A stretch of 64,000 bases of DNA, taken from NCBI GenBank assembly GCA_951406725.2, contig OX597836.1:41292001-41356000 (forward strand), read 5' to 3'. Numbering within the stretch: position 1 is the first letter of the stretch; the number at the start of each line of letters is the position of its first letter. The stretch comes from Octopus vulgaris. Its lineage: Eukaryota. The position numbers were made by a program, and so were the translations under genes. This document shows, piece after piece, positions 1 to 12,576 of the stretch. The notes below the pieces were generated by a model, which did no database searches, had not been told where the DNA came from, and worked only from the letters and a program-made list of their open reading frames with translations.

Positions 1-946
1 CATAATATAAGTACAAACCAGTATACATGTATCCATATATTATTAAAATAAATAATTGATATGTATGTATATATCTACACTTAAATAAGTAAATAAATAA
101 ATAAATAAATAAATAAGTAAATGACTAAATGAATAGATATATACCATAGAAAACAAATTCAGATAAATACCTAGGTACAGGTACACCTAATATATATTAA
201 TGCTAATATGCATATATCCTCATATGCATAAAATAGTATATATGTAAATAAATAACATAAAATAAAGTGAAGATATATATTGAAGAAAATACTTATATAA
301 ACTTAGTATACAGGCTAATATTATGTAAATTAATACCTGTAGATAATGAGTAAAAAAATGAATAGATGGATAACATAGTGTACAAATCCAGAAGATTACA
401 AATATAGACTAAATATATAAGACTGCTAATATTTATAAAGCCAAATGTGAGTAAATGAATAGGTTTATTAATAAATAGCATAAGATACAAATTTAGGTGC
501 GTGCAAAGATACACCAAATATACAATATATAAGCCTGCCAAATAAAAACCTACAAAAACCCAAATTCTCAACCTAAACAAACAAACTCCCAAATAGACTC
601 TCATATATTACATAATAGTATTAAAGTATCCAAAACCAGGTATCTAACTATGATATTCATACACACTCTGTAATATTAGAAAACTTCAAGAATCACATAT
701 TACAAAGCAAATACCAAAATGAATATATTATTTCTTGCCGTAGTGTATTTCCCTTATAAAACAAGACAAAAAAACCCACATACAAAAACCATTAATACTG
801 GACATATATATTTTTTTATACATGTGTAGCTACAAAATTATATAAAATTATAAATTTATAAGTTGCATGTTTTAGAATTGTAGAAGACCACTAGTATAAT
901 TAGATACAGAAGGGAGTTAAAATATTACTAGTAGAAATGCTAAGTT

Positions 947-2683
947 CTATTTGAATCTAGAAAAAGTGTACGGTAGTTTGTGAATGCAAAAAAAATTTTT
1001 TTCATTTATGTTATTAATAATATTCCTACCCGCTTTGATAATGAAAAAGATTTCATTAATACATAGAGAGCATTTTTTATTTTTTCCATTATACACAGGT
1101 GCCGAAGTTAGTATTTTCCAATTTAATCTAAAATCTAAGTTCTTACTTTTGAGTTCCCAAATGTATGCACTTAACCCTGTAGAGTACATCCTATTTTTAT
1201 TTCTAAAAGTATATCTATGATAATTAAGTCTCTGTTTCATGCTATTCATAGTTGCTCCGATATACACCCTACTACTAAATTGTGTATCCGCAGTGCATTG
1301 GTAAACTACCTCCTTCCTGAGGCATTGATTACCAAACACACATTTATTTCTGTTTCTGTAATTACAGTTATTAACAGGTTGGGGTAATCCAAGATTGGTC
1401 CCCAATCCTGTAACACCATTCATATTAGTAGTGTTACAATTATTATTACCATCCAAACCCAAATTCAACGAATGAGTTAATTTAACATTATTGGCGATAT
1501 TCCTATCAATAGTACTAGTATTGGTAGTAGTAGTATCATCTATTACATTGATATTTTCCTTAGCAGGTACGGTACCCTCATAATTTATAAGAGGGTTGTT
1601 CCCGTTAGCTCCAAAAGATTTATTGTTCCTACTATTAAAGAGAGGCAAATTTCTATTATCTAACTTCAACTTTCTATCTTTATAGAAGTAATCAAGTTTC
1701 CTGTTATTAAAAGAGGAGATAATGGTGGCTAGATTATGTGTAATGCTATATCCTATTCTAACAGTACCATTGTTAATTAAATGACTAAATTTATTCCTAT
1801 CCTTACCAAAATGCCTAAATATTACATTATGCAAAGCTCTAACTATGTCTGTTTTTATCTGCATTGCATATGGGATAATAAGCCAAAGTGTATCCTTATC
1901 AGTATTAGGGTTGCCTATCAAATTATTGTTTTTAGTAAAAACCTTATTCCTTGACCAACCCATATGTTTACTATTCTTACCAATGTCATTGTTATGTCTA
2001 TCTATATCAATATTCCCATAATTATTACGTAAGTAAACTTTACTATTATCATATCTACCATAAGTTTTGATATGTATATTATTAATATTACTACCATTAC
2101 CTGTTTGCGCAGATCTATTTAAACTACCGTCCACCGTTCTGAGGTTAACAACACCTCTATAATTATTATAGGCGTTTTCATATATTCTATTTTTCCTTTT
2201 CTTATAGTTATTATTGTTTGTCCTAAATCTATTGGTGTTGTTCCTAATAGTTCCACCTCCATTTGGAGGATTCCCCTTAGGTATATACCATATTTTGCTT
2301 TTGTAGCCTGCTTTTAGCAATGCTGCGTTGTATCTATCACAATGCTTATTAAAAATGTCCTCGTTTGAGGATAAACAAGAAATTCTCTGACTAATGCTAC
2401 GCACTAGTGCACTTTTAATTTGAGGGGGGTGATTGCTAGAACGGTTTATATATATTAGGTTAGAATTGGGTTTAATATAAGGTTCATGTATTCCATTAGT
2501 AATGTTACAATTGACATCCAAATAATTAGCAGAATAGTTTTCACTTTCAATGATAATGGATAGGCCGAAACTTTTAAAAAATTTATTTATTCTTTTTTTC
2601 AGAAGATCTAATCTCCTATTAGATGTATTATTTACATCTAATCTCCTATTAGATGTATTATATATATAAATATATTTAAACAT
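947..2683 (-). CDS. 5'-truncated Penelope-like element ORF: RT C-terminus/thumb, long Asn-rich linkers, Cys motif, C-terminal GIY-YIG endonuclease
   Basis: NYLDV...YIKP...YINRSSNHPPQI...ISQRISCLSS...YNAALLKAGY is typical of the PLE RT C-terminus. CVFGNQCLRKEVVYQC...VYIGAT...KQRLNYH...LSAYIWELK...WKIL...CSLC is a GIY-YIG domain. The frame is open but the RT catalytic core is missing. Confidence 0.9.
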   Translation of the reverse strand: MFKYIYIYNTSNRRLDVNNTSNRRLDLLKKRINKFFKSFGLSIIIESENYSANYLDVNCNITNGIHEPYIKPNSNLIYINRSSNHPPQIKSALVRSISQRISCLSSNEDIFNKHCDRYNAALLKAGYKSKIWYIPKGNPPNGGGTIRNNTNRFRTNNNNYKKRKNRIYENAYNNYRGVVNLRTVDGSLNRSAQTGNGSNINNIHIKTYGRYDNSKVYLRNNYGNIDIDRHNNDIGKNSKHMGWSRNKVFTKNNNLIGNPNTDKDTLWLIIPYAMQIKTDIVRALHNVIFRHFGKDRNKFSHLINNGTVRIGYSITHNLATIISSFNNRKLDYFYKDRKLKLDNRNLPLFNSRNNKSFGANGNNPLINYEGTVPAKENINVIDDTTTTNTSTIDRNIANNVKLTHSLNLGLDGNNNCNTTNMNGVTGLGTNLGLPQPVNNCNYRNRNKCVFGNQCLRKEVVYQCTADTQFSSRVYIGATMNSMKQRLNYHRYTFRNKNRMYSTGLSAYIWELKSKNLDFRLNWKILTSAPVYNGKNKKCSLCINEIFFIIKAGRNIINNINEKNFFCIHKLPYTFSRFK

Positions 2684-2861
2684 AATAAATAATATTAGGG
2701 TAATGAGAATTATAGAAATTATTATTACCAGTGGCCTAGCACAAAAAAAAATTAGTCAATAGACTATATATTATTCACACAAAAATACCGTGTACGTTAA
2801 AAGCCTCTTAATGTGCTTTAACGTACACGATATTTATATATATATTTATACATATATATAT

Positions 2862-3059
2862 AGTAAATGCCCAACAAAAACGAAGAGCAAACACAAGAAA
2901 AATAACAACAATGCGAGAACGTGGTACAAGCAAATTATTAGCAGACGCTCAGGGAAGGAAAGAAAGGTGGTTTTACGTTTCGAGCAAAGCTCCTCTTCAG
3001 AAATAGGAGACAGAGGAAAGTCCAAGAGAAAAGGAAGACGGAGGAAAAAAAGCGCCAAA
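2862..3059 (-). mobile_element. Short (~200 bp) hammerhead-containing element, family A
   Basis: Homologous to 16242-16441, 18633-18836 and 36734-36937; flanked by (TA)n/(TACA)n. Confidence 0.75.
2970..3004 (-). ncRNA. Minimal type I hammerhead ribozyme motif (family A)
   Basis: Minus strand reads UUU-CUGAAGA-G-GAGC(UUU)GCUC-GAAA-CG-UA^AAA: canonical core and ACGU palindromic helix III. Confidence 0.7.
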
Positions 3060-3097
3060 TACATACATACATACATACATACATACATACATACATA

Positions 3098-3395
3098 CAA
3101 TGGCCCCGTGGTCAGGGCAGCGGACTCGCGGTCGTAGGACGCGGTTTCGATTCCCAGACCGGGCGTCGTGAGTGTTTATTGAGCGAAAACACCCAGAAGC
3201 TCCATGAGGCCCCGGCATGGAGTGGTGGCGAACCCTGCTGTACTCTTTCGGCACAACATTCCCTCACTCTTTCTTCTGTTGGCCTGCTCGCTTAGCCAGC
3301 GGGGTGGCGTCATTTGAAGGCTAAAACAATGCGAAGCGCATTGTGACCAGCGATGTGTAGCAACATCTGAAAGACTGGTCGGTCACGGTGATCAC
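3098..3395 (+). mobile_element. tRNA-derived SINE family 2, tail type a
   Basis: A box TGGCCCCGTGG, B-box-like GTTTCGATTCC; ends in GGTCACGGTGATCAC; tail shared with 34499-34727, 41064-41188 and 49745-49982. Confidence 0.8.
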
Positions 3396-3407
3396 ATACA
3401 TACATAT

Positions 3408-3811
3408 ACTCTTTACTCTTTTACTCGTTTCAGTCATTTGACTGCGGCCATGCTGGAGCACCGCCTTTAGTCGAGCAAATCGACCCGGGACTTATTCTTT
3501 GTAAGCCCAGTACTTATTCTATCGGTCTCTTTTGCCGAACCGCTAAGTGATGGGGGACGTAAACACACCAGCATCGGTTGTCAAGCAATGCTAGGGGGAC
3601 AAACACAGACACACAAACACACACACATATATATATATATACATATATACGACCGGCTTCTTTCAGTTTCCGTCTACCAAATCCACTCACAAAGCATTGG
3701 TCGGCTCGGGGCTATAGCAGAAGACACTTGCCCAAGATGCCACGCAGTGGGACTGAACCTGGAACCATGTGGTTGGTTAGCAAGCTACTTACCACACAGC
3801 CACTCCTGCGC
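3408..3811 (-). mobile_element. tRNA-derived SINE family 1 (internal TA/TG microsatellite, AAAAGAGT tail)
   Basis: Head GCGCAGGAGTGGCTGTGTGG...GGTTCAGTCCC; about 20 similar copies in the window. Confidence 0.9.
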
Positions 3812-4374
3812 ATGTGTGTGTGTGTGTGCGTCTATGTGTATGTGTGTGTATGTATGGATGTGTGGTATGAACATTTTTCTGTATGTGCGAATATGCATGT
3901 GTGCGTGTCTGGCTGTGAGTGCATATAATGTGTGTATATGTGTGTGTCGGCTGTGTTGAAGGATGTGTATGGTGTTGTGTCGTTATCCTGTGTAGATATG
4001 TGCGGATGTGTGGCAGGGTGTGTGTTCGTGTGTGTCGATTTCATTGTTTAGAATTGTGCTATTGTGATTCTTACTGTATTGTGTAGGTGTTGGTTGAGAC
4101 TTATATGTGTGGATGTGTGTGTGTGGTTTGTATGATTTTATGTATGTGGCGCTCCTGTATGCATGTATGTGTAAATGACTTACGGCTACGTATAGGTGTG
4201 ATTGGAGTGTTGATGGAGGTGTCGTAGGAGTGCTAAGGAGTGTCCCTGTGTGTATGTGCCTATGACATCGCTATCTATGTGACCAGAAAAAAGTGGTAAT
4301 TTGTACGAGTGTGTATTGGTTCATATATGTATGCGGGATGCATGAGATTATGGATGTGTATATGTGACAAGTCG

Positions 4375-4459
<85 letters not shown>

Positions 4460-4524
4460 TGTGTGTGTCTGTGTGTGTGAAGTGATGGTAAGTGTGTTAA
4501 AGAAAAAGAGCAAACAAGTTTAAG

Positions 4525-5400
4525 TGGTTAAATCAGTGTAGGGCCAAAGTTTGAAAAATGAAGATGAGTTTTAGTTCACGTAGGAGACGAGAGTCTGGAA
4601 AAAGCTGCGTGAGGCTACCTCGAGCATGGAGAGATAAAGACTGGTCTGTAGTGAGGAAATGGTGTACCACAGGAAGTAATTACCAAGACTGATATTCCGG
4701 AAGTACTCGATGAATCGGTCAAACAAGCGTCATCTGAATTGTCCGCTGTATAGAGAATTGTAGTAGAAGCATTTTATGCAGTAAATAGAATTAGCACAGG
4801 TTCAGATAAAGAAGTCGTTTATTTCGAAAAGCTGGTAGTTGCGTCATGTAATAAGGATAGTGTTGGAGAAGAAGGGATAAGCGTGGTTGCAGAGGTGTGC
4901 GCGAAGAAGGGATTCAGTTTATATATCGGAAAGGCGCAGGTAAGGAAGGAGATACGAACCATTATTTCATGTAGATTATAGGCACATTGAGGAGAGCAGG
5001 ATGAGTTGGAAATATGTCAGAAGTGGTAAAGTCGGAAGAGAGGATTCGGAATATGTGTGGTGTTGTGCTTTCAGGGACGGTAGGGAAGTAGGAACTAAAG
5101 GTGGTTGTGGGTGCCGTCGACTTCACTGGTGATGATAAGAATGACTTAGACTATGGTATGTGGGGGGAACTATCCACGTCAAGCGAAGTGTTGTACTATG
5201 TATCGAGAGTGTGTCTAAGAATCGTGGTCGCAGATGCAGCGACAGTGGAGGATAGGAATTGAGGGTAGCGGATAATGCATTTGGTATGAGTGAAGTAAGA
5301 TGAGGTGAAGTCGAGATAAGAGTACTAGTCAGTTGGTTTGGGAAAAATAGAAGTACCAGGGTGAGATAAACAGGACGGATCAATATATATTTAACAAAGA
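4525..5400 (-). pseudogene. Degenerate Penelope-like element (GIY-YIG C-terminal remnant)
   Basis: Minus-strand translation near 4770-4690 gives SLYSGQFR*RLFDRFIEY (compare YIGQT.RRL..RF.EH). Near 4600-4525 it gives RLLRELKLIFIFQTLALH*FN (compare R...E...I...TL.P.GLN). Many stops. Confidence 0.6.
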
Positions 5401-5468
5401 ATTTATTTATTTATTTATTTTTATACTTTCATTCTTCTATTGCAACCCTAACCATTACCCCTGTGATG

Positions 5469-5851
5469 AAGTTAAGTTAAGTTAACTTAAGTTAAGTTAA
5501 CTTAATTTTTTGGCTCAAAAAGCAAAAAGCAAGGCCATGTAGGAGGACACGGAGTTATGTACAGGGAGGGTGTTCATGCAAAGAGTTCAGGCCATTTCTG
5601 GTCAAGAGAGACTTTGAACCGAGTGGTCGTCGGCATCTTCACTATCTCGTCCGGCAGCTTATTCCACGGGTCCGCAACCCGGACGGAGAAAGCCCTTCTC
5701 CTTCGATTGAGATGAAATCGTCGCAGATATAGCTTTTCGGAGTGACCCCGCAACTGACGCTCTTGAGCAGGAGTGAAGAACAGCTCTTTCGAGAGGTTAC
5801 ACTTTCCGCTTATGATGTTGTGAGCGAGAATGAGATCACCACGGCGTCGTC
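5469..5851 (-). mobile_element. CR1-clade LINE 3' end (truncated)
   Basis: Encodes RRRRGDLILAHNII...RGHSEKLY...FSVRVADPWNKLP; near-identical to 56975-57330; (AACTT)n tail. Confidence 0.85.
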
Positions 5852-6099
5852 GAATAGGTTGCTAGTAAATTTCAGTGGCGCAGTCGAAATGCAGAACTCT
5901 ACACCAGTTACGCAAGCAGTCTAGAAACGGCTTACACAAACAGTCCGGAAACAGCTGTAAAGGACCAACTGCACATCTTTTCTATGAATTTCAAAGCTAT
6001 ATCTACGAGGTGTGTGTCGGATTGGGGGCTTTGATTGAGTAAAAGAAAATACAGGAGGATCAGTTAATTATGATTTTATTCAACATGACAGTTTTATAC

Positions 6100-6272
6100 T
6101 AAGAAGCTTGGTTCCCAGCCACATGGTTCCGGGTTCAGTCCCACTGCATGGCACATTGGGCAAGTGTCTTCCGCAGTAGATTCGGGCCGACCAAAGCCTT
6201 GTGAGTGGATTTGGTAGACGGAAATTGAAAGAAGTACGTCATACACACACACACACACACACGCGCACACAG

Positions 6273-6354
<82 letters not shown>

Positions 6355-6680
6355 ACACACATTCTCAACCAAAACTGCCCGACGAACGGGAACGTGAAAC
6401 TCTGAGTAACAGTTTTTGTGAGGTTTTTGCAGCTTTATTAATAAAAAAAAAATATATATGTATTTATATATATTTATGTGCGTGTGTCTTTGTATCGGTG
6501 TTTGTCCCTCCACCATCGCTTGACAACCGATGTTGGTGTGTTTACGTCTCAGTAAACTAGCGATTCGGCAAAAGATACCGATAGAATAAGTACTGGGCTT
6601 GTAAAGAATAAGTCGTGTGGTCAATATCTTCATCACAGTTGCAGTCAAATGAATGAAATACGTAAAAGAATATAAGAATG
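6100..6680 (+). mobile_element. SINE family 1, interrupted by a (CA)n and unique insert
   Basis: 5' half at 6100-6243 and 3' half at about 6455-6680 match the family. Confidence 0.75.
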
Positions 6681-6689
6681 AAAGAATAT

Positions 6690-6828
6690 TCCTGTCTCAG
6701 GTTCACACACTTATTGCAGCGGTCCTTCAGTTTCTGAAAGCCCTGTAAAAGAACTCGAAAGGTTGGGCCTCCAACCAGACCTTTCGCGATACCCTAAAAG
6801 CCAGGGACTTTTCAGAACCCCCTCGTAT
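6690..6828. mobile_element. Tc1/mariner remnant with TIR
   Basis: GACTTTTCAGAACCCCCTCG-TA is a mariner-type terminus. The minus strand at about 6705-6745 encodes GFQKLKDRCNKCV, resembling the mariner transposase C-terminus. Confidence 0.55.
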
Positions 6829-7004
6829 GTCCACTGATCTGCTTATCAAACTATGTCTCATCAACACCGTTGACTTTTTTTCTACTTTGTCTTTGTGCTT
6901 ACCGATCTACTTCAGAACTATTGCGAACTTTTCAAATTCCGGACACTTCCTGAATTACGGCAATATATATTCTTTTATTTTTTTCTTTTTCTTTTCTTTT
7001 TTTT

Positions 7005-7110
7005 CTTTTACTTGTTTCAGTCATTTGTCTCTTTTTGCCGAACTGCTAAGTGTCGGGGACGTAAACACACCAGCATCGGTTGTCAAGCAATGCTAGGGGG
7101 ACAAACAGAG

Positions 7111-7149
<39 letters not shown>

Positions 7150-7320
7150 CAGATATACGACAGGCTTCTTTCAGTTTCCGTCTACCAAATCCACTCACAA
7201 GGCATTGGTCGGCCCGGGGCTATGGCAGAAGACACTTGCCCAAGATGCCACGCAGTGGGACTGAACCCGGAACCATGTGGTTGGTTAGCAAGCTACTTAC
7301 CACACAGCCACTCCTGCACC
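7005..7320 (-). mobile_element. SINE family 1 (internal deletion)
   Basis: Matches the family consensus. Confidence 0.85.
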
Positions 7321-7433
7321 TCCTTATGCGTATTTATTTTTCTCTTTAGTATGTTATATAAGGATGGACCTGTTGACTGCCTGTCTATGTCCTTATTCGG
7401 TAATACATACATACATACGTTCATGCATAAATG

Positions 7434-7490
<57 letters not shown>

Positions 7491-7550
7491 GAGTGTGGTG
7501 TGTGTTATGTATGTTTACATGTATGTACATACATATATACATATTTATAT

Positions 7551-7601
<51 letters not shown>

Positions 7602-7738
7602 ATACGTATATATATATATATATATGTGGGGGGAGGAGGGTTGTTATGTATGTATATATACATGTCTACATGTATGTATCCATACATATATAGATATATA
7701 TATAAATGTATATACATATATATATGTATATATGTATG

Positions 7739-7791
<53 letters not shown>

Positions 7792-7928
7792 CATGTATAC
7801 ATTCTCTCACAATCACACAAATGCACGCACACACACAACACACACGCACGCAAACCATGTTTGCAGAAGTAATATATGGGACATATATTTTTCGCTTATT
7901 ATTATTATTACTGTTATTATTATTATTA

Positions 7929-7986
<58 letters not shown>

Positions 7987-8092
7987 TACTTTTATCAGAT
8001 TATAAACACTATGGAAACAGAAGAGAAAACAAAACAAATAAACAAACTCAACATAAATAAACAACCACTAAAACCGTGCAAACACACACACA

Positions 8093-8145
<53 letters not shown>

Positions 8146-8707
8146 TTACTAGAAAAGCACACACATACGCACGCACACACACGCACGCACACACACATAC
8201 ACATCACTAGAAAAGCACACACATCTTCATCTATCAGATTGCGTTTGTTAAGAAATGTTCACAAGGGTTACTAAGAAAGCAGTGAACCCGAAGAAAAAAA
8301 CAGGGTTACTTTATCTTGGTTTCTTTCTTTGCCTCGGTTCATGGTAGGAGGGCGCCACTTGAGATTATAAGAGAAGATATTCAGAAAGAAGACGGGCGCT
8401 TAAGATGGAGGCCAAAGCTGGGAATGTACTTTGGTTTGTACGGTGTGGGATTTCACTGAGTGCGGAGTATTACATGAGATGCTTACGGACCTGACACGAC
8501 CTTCAACTCTGTGTGTGTGAGTGTGTGCGTGTGTGCGTGTGTGTGTGTGTTTGCGTGTGTGTGTATTCTTAAAAATGCATATATTCTTACATAAATATGT
8601 ATGTATACACGTACTCAAAAGCACGCGCACACACACACACATATGCACATATATAGTTATGCGCATATATACATACACACACACATATATATATATAGTT
8701 ATGTATT

Positions 8708-8745
<38 letters not shown>

Positions 8746-8829
8746 CATATATACATAAAAATATGTGTACATATACATATATTATATATACAGATATATT
8801 ATGTATATATAAAAATATATATGTATATC

Positions 8830-9457
8830 TTTATTGCCCACAGGGGGCTAAACATAGGAATTAAGTCGATTACATCGACCCCAGTGCGTAACCGGTACTT
8901 ATTCAATCCCCCCCCCTCAAGGATGAATGGCAAAGTTGACCTGGGCGGAATTTGAACTCAGAACGTAACGGCAGATTAAATACCTATTTCTTTACTACCC
9001 ACAAGGGACTAAACACAGAGAGGACAAACAAGGACAGACAAACGGATTAAGTCGATTATATACACCCCAGTGCGTAACTGGTACTTATTTAATCGACCCC
9101 GAAAGGATGAAAGGCAAAGTCGACCTCGGCGGAATTTGAACTCAGAACGCAAAGACAGACAAAATACCGCTAAGCATTTCGCCCGGCGTGTTTCTGCCAG
9201 CTCGCCGCCTTCGACAAACGAAATACCTATTTCTTTACTACCCACAAGGGGTTAAACACAGAAGACAAACAAGGACAGACAAACGGATTCAGTCGATTAG
9301 ATCGACCCCAGTGCGTAACTGGTACTTATTTAATCGGCCCCTAAAGGATGAAAGGCAAAGTCGACCTCGGCGGAATTTGAACTCAGAAAGTAGCGGCAGA
9401 CGAAATACCATTAAGCATTTCGTCCGGCGTGCTAACGTTTCTGCCAGCTCGCCGCCC
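8830..9457 (-). mobile_element. SINE family 3 (Meta-domain-like), tandem/nested cluster
   Basis: B box GAGTTCAAATTCC, GCCTTTCATCCTTTCGGGGTCGAT core, CCCTTGTGGGTAGTAAAGAAATA tail; about 3 units. Confidence 0.8.
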
Positions 9458-9470
9458 TATATATATATAC

Positions 9471-10390
9471 ACATCATCATCATCATCATTGTTCGACCGT
9501 GGTCGAGACAATGGAATTTACTATGTTACGCCAGACTTCACGGTCCATCATAGCATTACGGAGGTCCTGTTGCTGGATGCCTGTATCCCTGGAGATTACA
9601 TCAGGGTAGGAGAGTGTGCGCCCTCTGTTATTGCGAGTAGATGGCTTCCAGAGGAGAAGAGTAGAAATTACTTCTTTTTCAGCTCTACAACAATGTCCAG
9701 CAAACTGGACTCTCCTACCTTTCACAAAAGATGACACAGGTGGTAATTTCCCATATATTTGCATTTTGGTTGGATGGTGCTTCCACGAGAGATTTTGAGC
9801 TCTTATAAGGAGGCGAGTGTAGGTTCCATCCAACCGCCTCTCAAGCTTCTTTGATAACGTCCAGGTTTCTGAGCCATATAGTAGAATTGGTGCGACTGTG
9901 GCTTTGAATATTTCAAGTTTGAAGTCTCTACTTAGATTTGATGACCAGATATTATGCATGTCATTACAGGCTGACCAGGCCATACCCTTTCTAGTTAGAA
10001 AGCCTTTTCCAGATGATGATATGTATGACCCAAGATATTTGTAATCAGAAACCATATTTAAAGGAGCACTGTTGAGAGTATGGATGATGCAATCACTGTT
10101 GGACAGGCACTTGTTTATGTATTCAGTTTTGGCCTCATTGAGGTAAAGACCTATACAAGTTGAGGCTTGTTCAAGAGATTGTAAAAGAGACTGGGCATTG
10201 GAGAGAGAATCACTGATAAGAGCGATGTCGTCAGCAAAGTCAGTGTCAGTCAAGTACTCAGCTGGGTGTCTGGAACTTCTTCTTGGTTTTATTTCAAAGC
10301 CCTTGCCAGAGATGGTATCAACTGACATACGTAGCACATAATCAACAACAATGATGAAAAGAAATGGGGCGAGTGTGTCTCCCTGCACAC
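9471..10390 (-). mobile_element. 5'-truncated RTE-group (RTE/RTEX-like) LINE, RT C-terminal half, (TGA)n tail
   Basis: ORF 9486-10400 has QGDTLAPFLF, TDTDFADDIAL, YKYLGS, LLYGSETWTL and QFAGHC; the stop runs straight into (TGA)n. Confidence 0.92.
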
Positions 10391-10417
10391 GTACACACAT
10401 ATATATTATACATACAG

Positions 10418-10466
<49 letters not shown>

Positions 10467-10536
10467 CCTTGTGAGTGGATTTGGTAGACGAAACTGAAAG
10501 AAGCCCGTCGTATATATATATATATATATATATATA

Positions 10537-10770
10537 CAATATGTTACATTACTCGGTAGTCAAGATAAAACTGAAAGAAGCCTGTCGTATATATGTATAT
10601 ATATATATATATGTCCCGCCACTTCTGGCCAGATAACCGAAGAGATGGTGTTGTAATATATATAGAGTTTTATCTTGACTACCGAGTAATGTAACATATT
10701 GTATAGATAAATTTCCTCTATTTACATAATATTGAAGTCTCTTTCTTTCTTTGTTATCTTACCGTTTTAT
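10537..10770. mobile_element. Family C hammerhead element, internally deleted, partial inverted arrangement
   Basis: 10537-10571 is the reverse complement of 10667-10701. It retains AGATAA-CCGAAGA-GATG and GAGTTTTATCT but has lost GAAA. Homologous to 32220-32487. Confidence 0.65.
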
Positions 10771-10820
<50 letters not shown>

Positions 10821-11085
10821 GTGTGTGTGTGTATGTGTGTGAAAAGGATGTGTTATAATACTATTCCACATATACAAAACAGCCTTACCAATAATCCAAT
10901 ATACCTCCTCATCAGCTGTCCCACAGATATCATTATGGTTTCGACACCTGGACAATACCATTTAATCCGGCGGTGTGTCAACAGCAGTAAAATAATTGTT
11001 GTTTGAGAACAAACAAACCAAAGAATCCACAACTTTCAAACACATTTACCCAATGTACGACCGTATCGATAAATAAATTCAATGA

Positions 11086-11502
11086 GGTGCAGGAGTGGCT
11101 GTGTGGTAAGTAGCTTGCTAACCAACCACATGGTTCCGGGTTCAGTCCCACTGCGTGACATCTTGGGCAAGTGTCTTCTGCTATAGCCTCGGGCCGACCA
11201 ATGCCTTGTGAGTGGATTTGGTAGACGGAAACTGAAAGAAGCCTGTCGTATATATGTATATATATATATATATATATGTGTGTGTATGTTTGTGTGTCTG
11301 TGTTTGTCCCCCTAGCATTGCTTGACAACCGATGCTGGTGTGTTTATGTCCCCGTTACTTAGCGGTTCGGCAAAAGAGACCGATAGAATAAGTACTGGGC
11401 TTACAAAGAATAAGTCCCGGGGTCGATTTGCTCGACTAAAGGCGGTGCTCCAGCATGGCCGCAGTCAAATGACTGAAACAAGTAAAAGAGTAAAAGAGTA
11501 AA
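11086..11502 (+). mobile_element. SINE family 1, full length
   Basis: Matches the family; (AAAAGAGT)n tail. Confidence 0.9.
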
Positions 11503-11964
11503 AGTAAATTACAACCAGTCCTAAATACGCAACCAAACAGCGACAGATCTATTAAGTCCTACAGAAATTATAATCGCTACGGCCTTCCGTAGTAGCCGTA
11601 TAAACAACGATTCGAAACTACATACCCCAAGACATTTGCCTCGGCGCTACCTGTTCTGCTTCTGCATCACCTGTACTTTCGTTAATTATGTAATGCAGTC
11701 GTTCTTTTATGTAGTCACCTGTGCTGTACACCGCTAACTAGATGGACATAGACGGTCGTTTGTAGTTACATACTTCACAGCACTGATGATGTGATGCGAA
11801 CTCCTGACCTCGGGTCATCTGCCATTCTATCCATTCGGACATCCAGCTGACACCCTCTCATTAATTTGTGCTTTTTAATACAGCGAATTAATTAGATGCA
11901 AATGTGGATTCCAGCTAATTGAAAATAAGTGGTTTAATTAGACTATTTGGAGACGAAGGTGGCG

Positions 11965-12540
11965 AATGTGCTGGTGGTGTTAGTGGTGATGGTGACGGTG
12001 TAGGTGATGGTAGTGATGTCGGTGGTGGTGAGAGTGGTGGTGGTGGTAGTGGTAGTGATGTCGGTGGTGGTGATGGTGGTGGTGGTGATGGTGATGGTGG
12101 TGGTGGTGTTAGTGGTAGTGGTTATGGTAGTGGTGGTGGTGTCGATGATGGTTTTGGTGTTGGTGTTAGTGGTGTGGTGGTTGTTATTGGTGGTGGTGGT
12201 TATTGGTGGTAATGCTTATGATGGCGAGGGTGGTGTTGGTAGTGGTGATGGAGTTGGTGGTTGTGATGGTAGAGGCGGTTGTGGTGATTTTGGTGTTGGT
12301 GTCGTTGTTGTTGTTGTTGTTGATGTTGTTGTTAATGGTAGTTGTGGTGGTGGTGACGGTGTTGATAATGGTTACGGTGGTAGTGTTGGTGGTGGGATAA
12401 CAACAACAACAACAAAAAACAACAGCTACCGCTGCAAAAACAGTTGCAGCAAAACATATAACAATAAGAATAATGTCATCAGCAACAATTACAACAACAA
12501 CAACAACAACAACAATCATAATAACAATAATGATAACCTG
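11965..12540. repeat. Degenerate (GGT)n/(GTT)n/(AAC)n trinucleotide field
   Basis: Direct reading. Confidence 0.9.
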
Positions 12541-12576
12541 AATAAAATCAATCACAAAAGTTAAAAAAAAAACAAA

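Noticed and set aside
293-604. 103-aa hydrophobic ORF
   Set aside because: AT-rich compositional artefact downstream of the PLE ORF; no recognisable motif.
6895-8274. Long ORFs (325 aa, 209 aa and others; likewise 22014-23252, 26213-27034, 44673-45610)
   Set aside because: They are translations of stop-free microsatellites and SINEs (YIYI, HTHT, poly-H/V), not proteins.
10900-10946. Possible type II hammerhead on minus (GAAA...CUGU-GGG-ACAG-CUGAUGA)
   Set aside because: Helices II and III do not pair properly and the UH register is off by one; likely chance.
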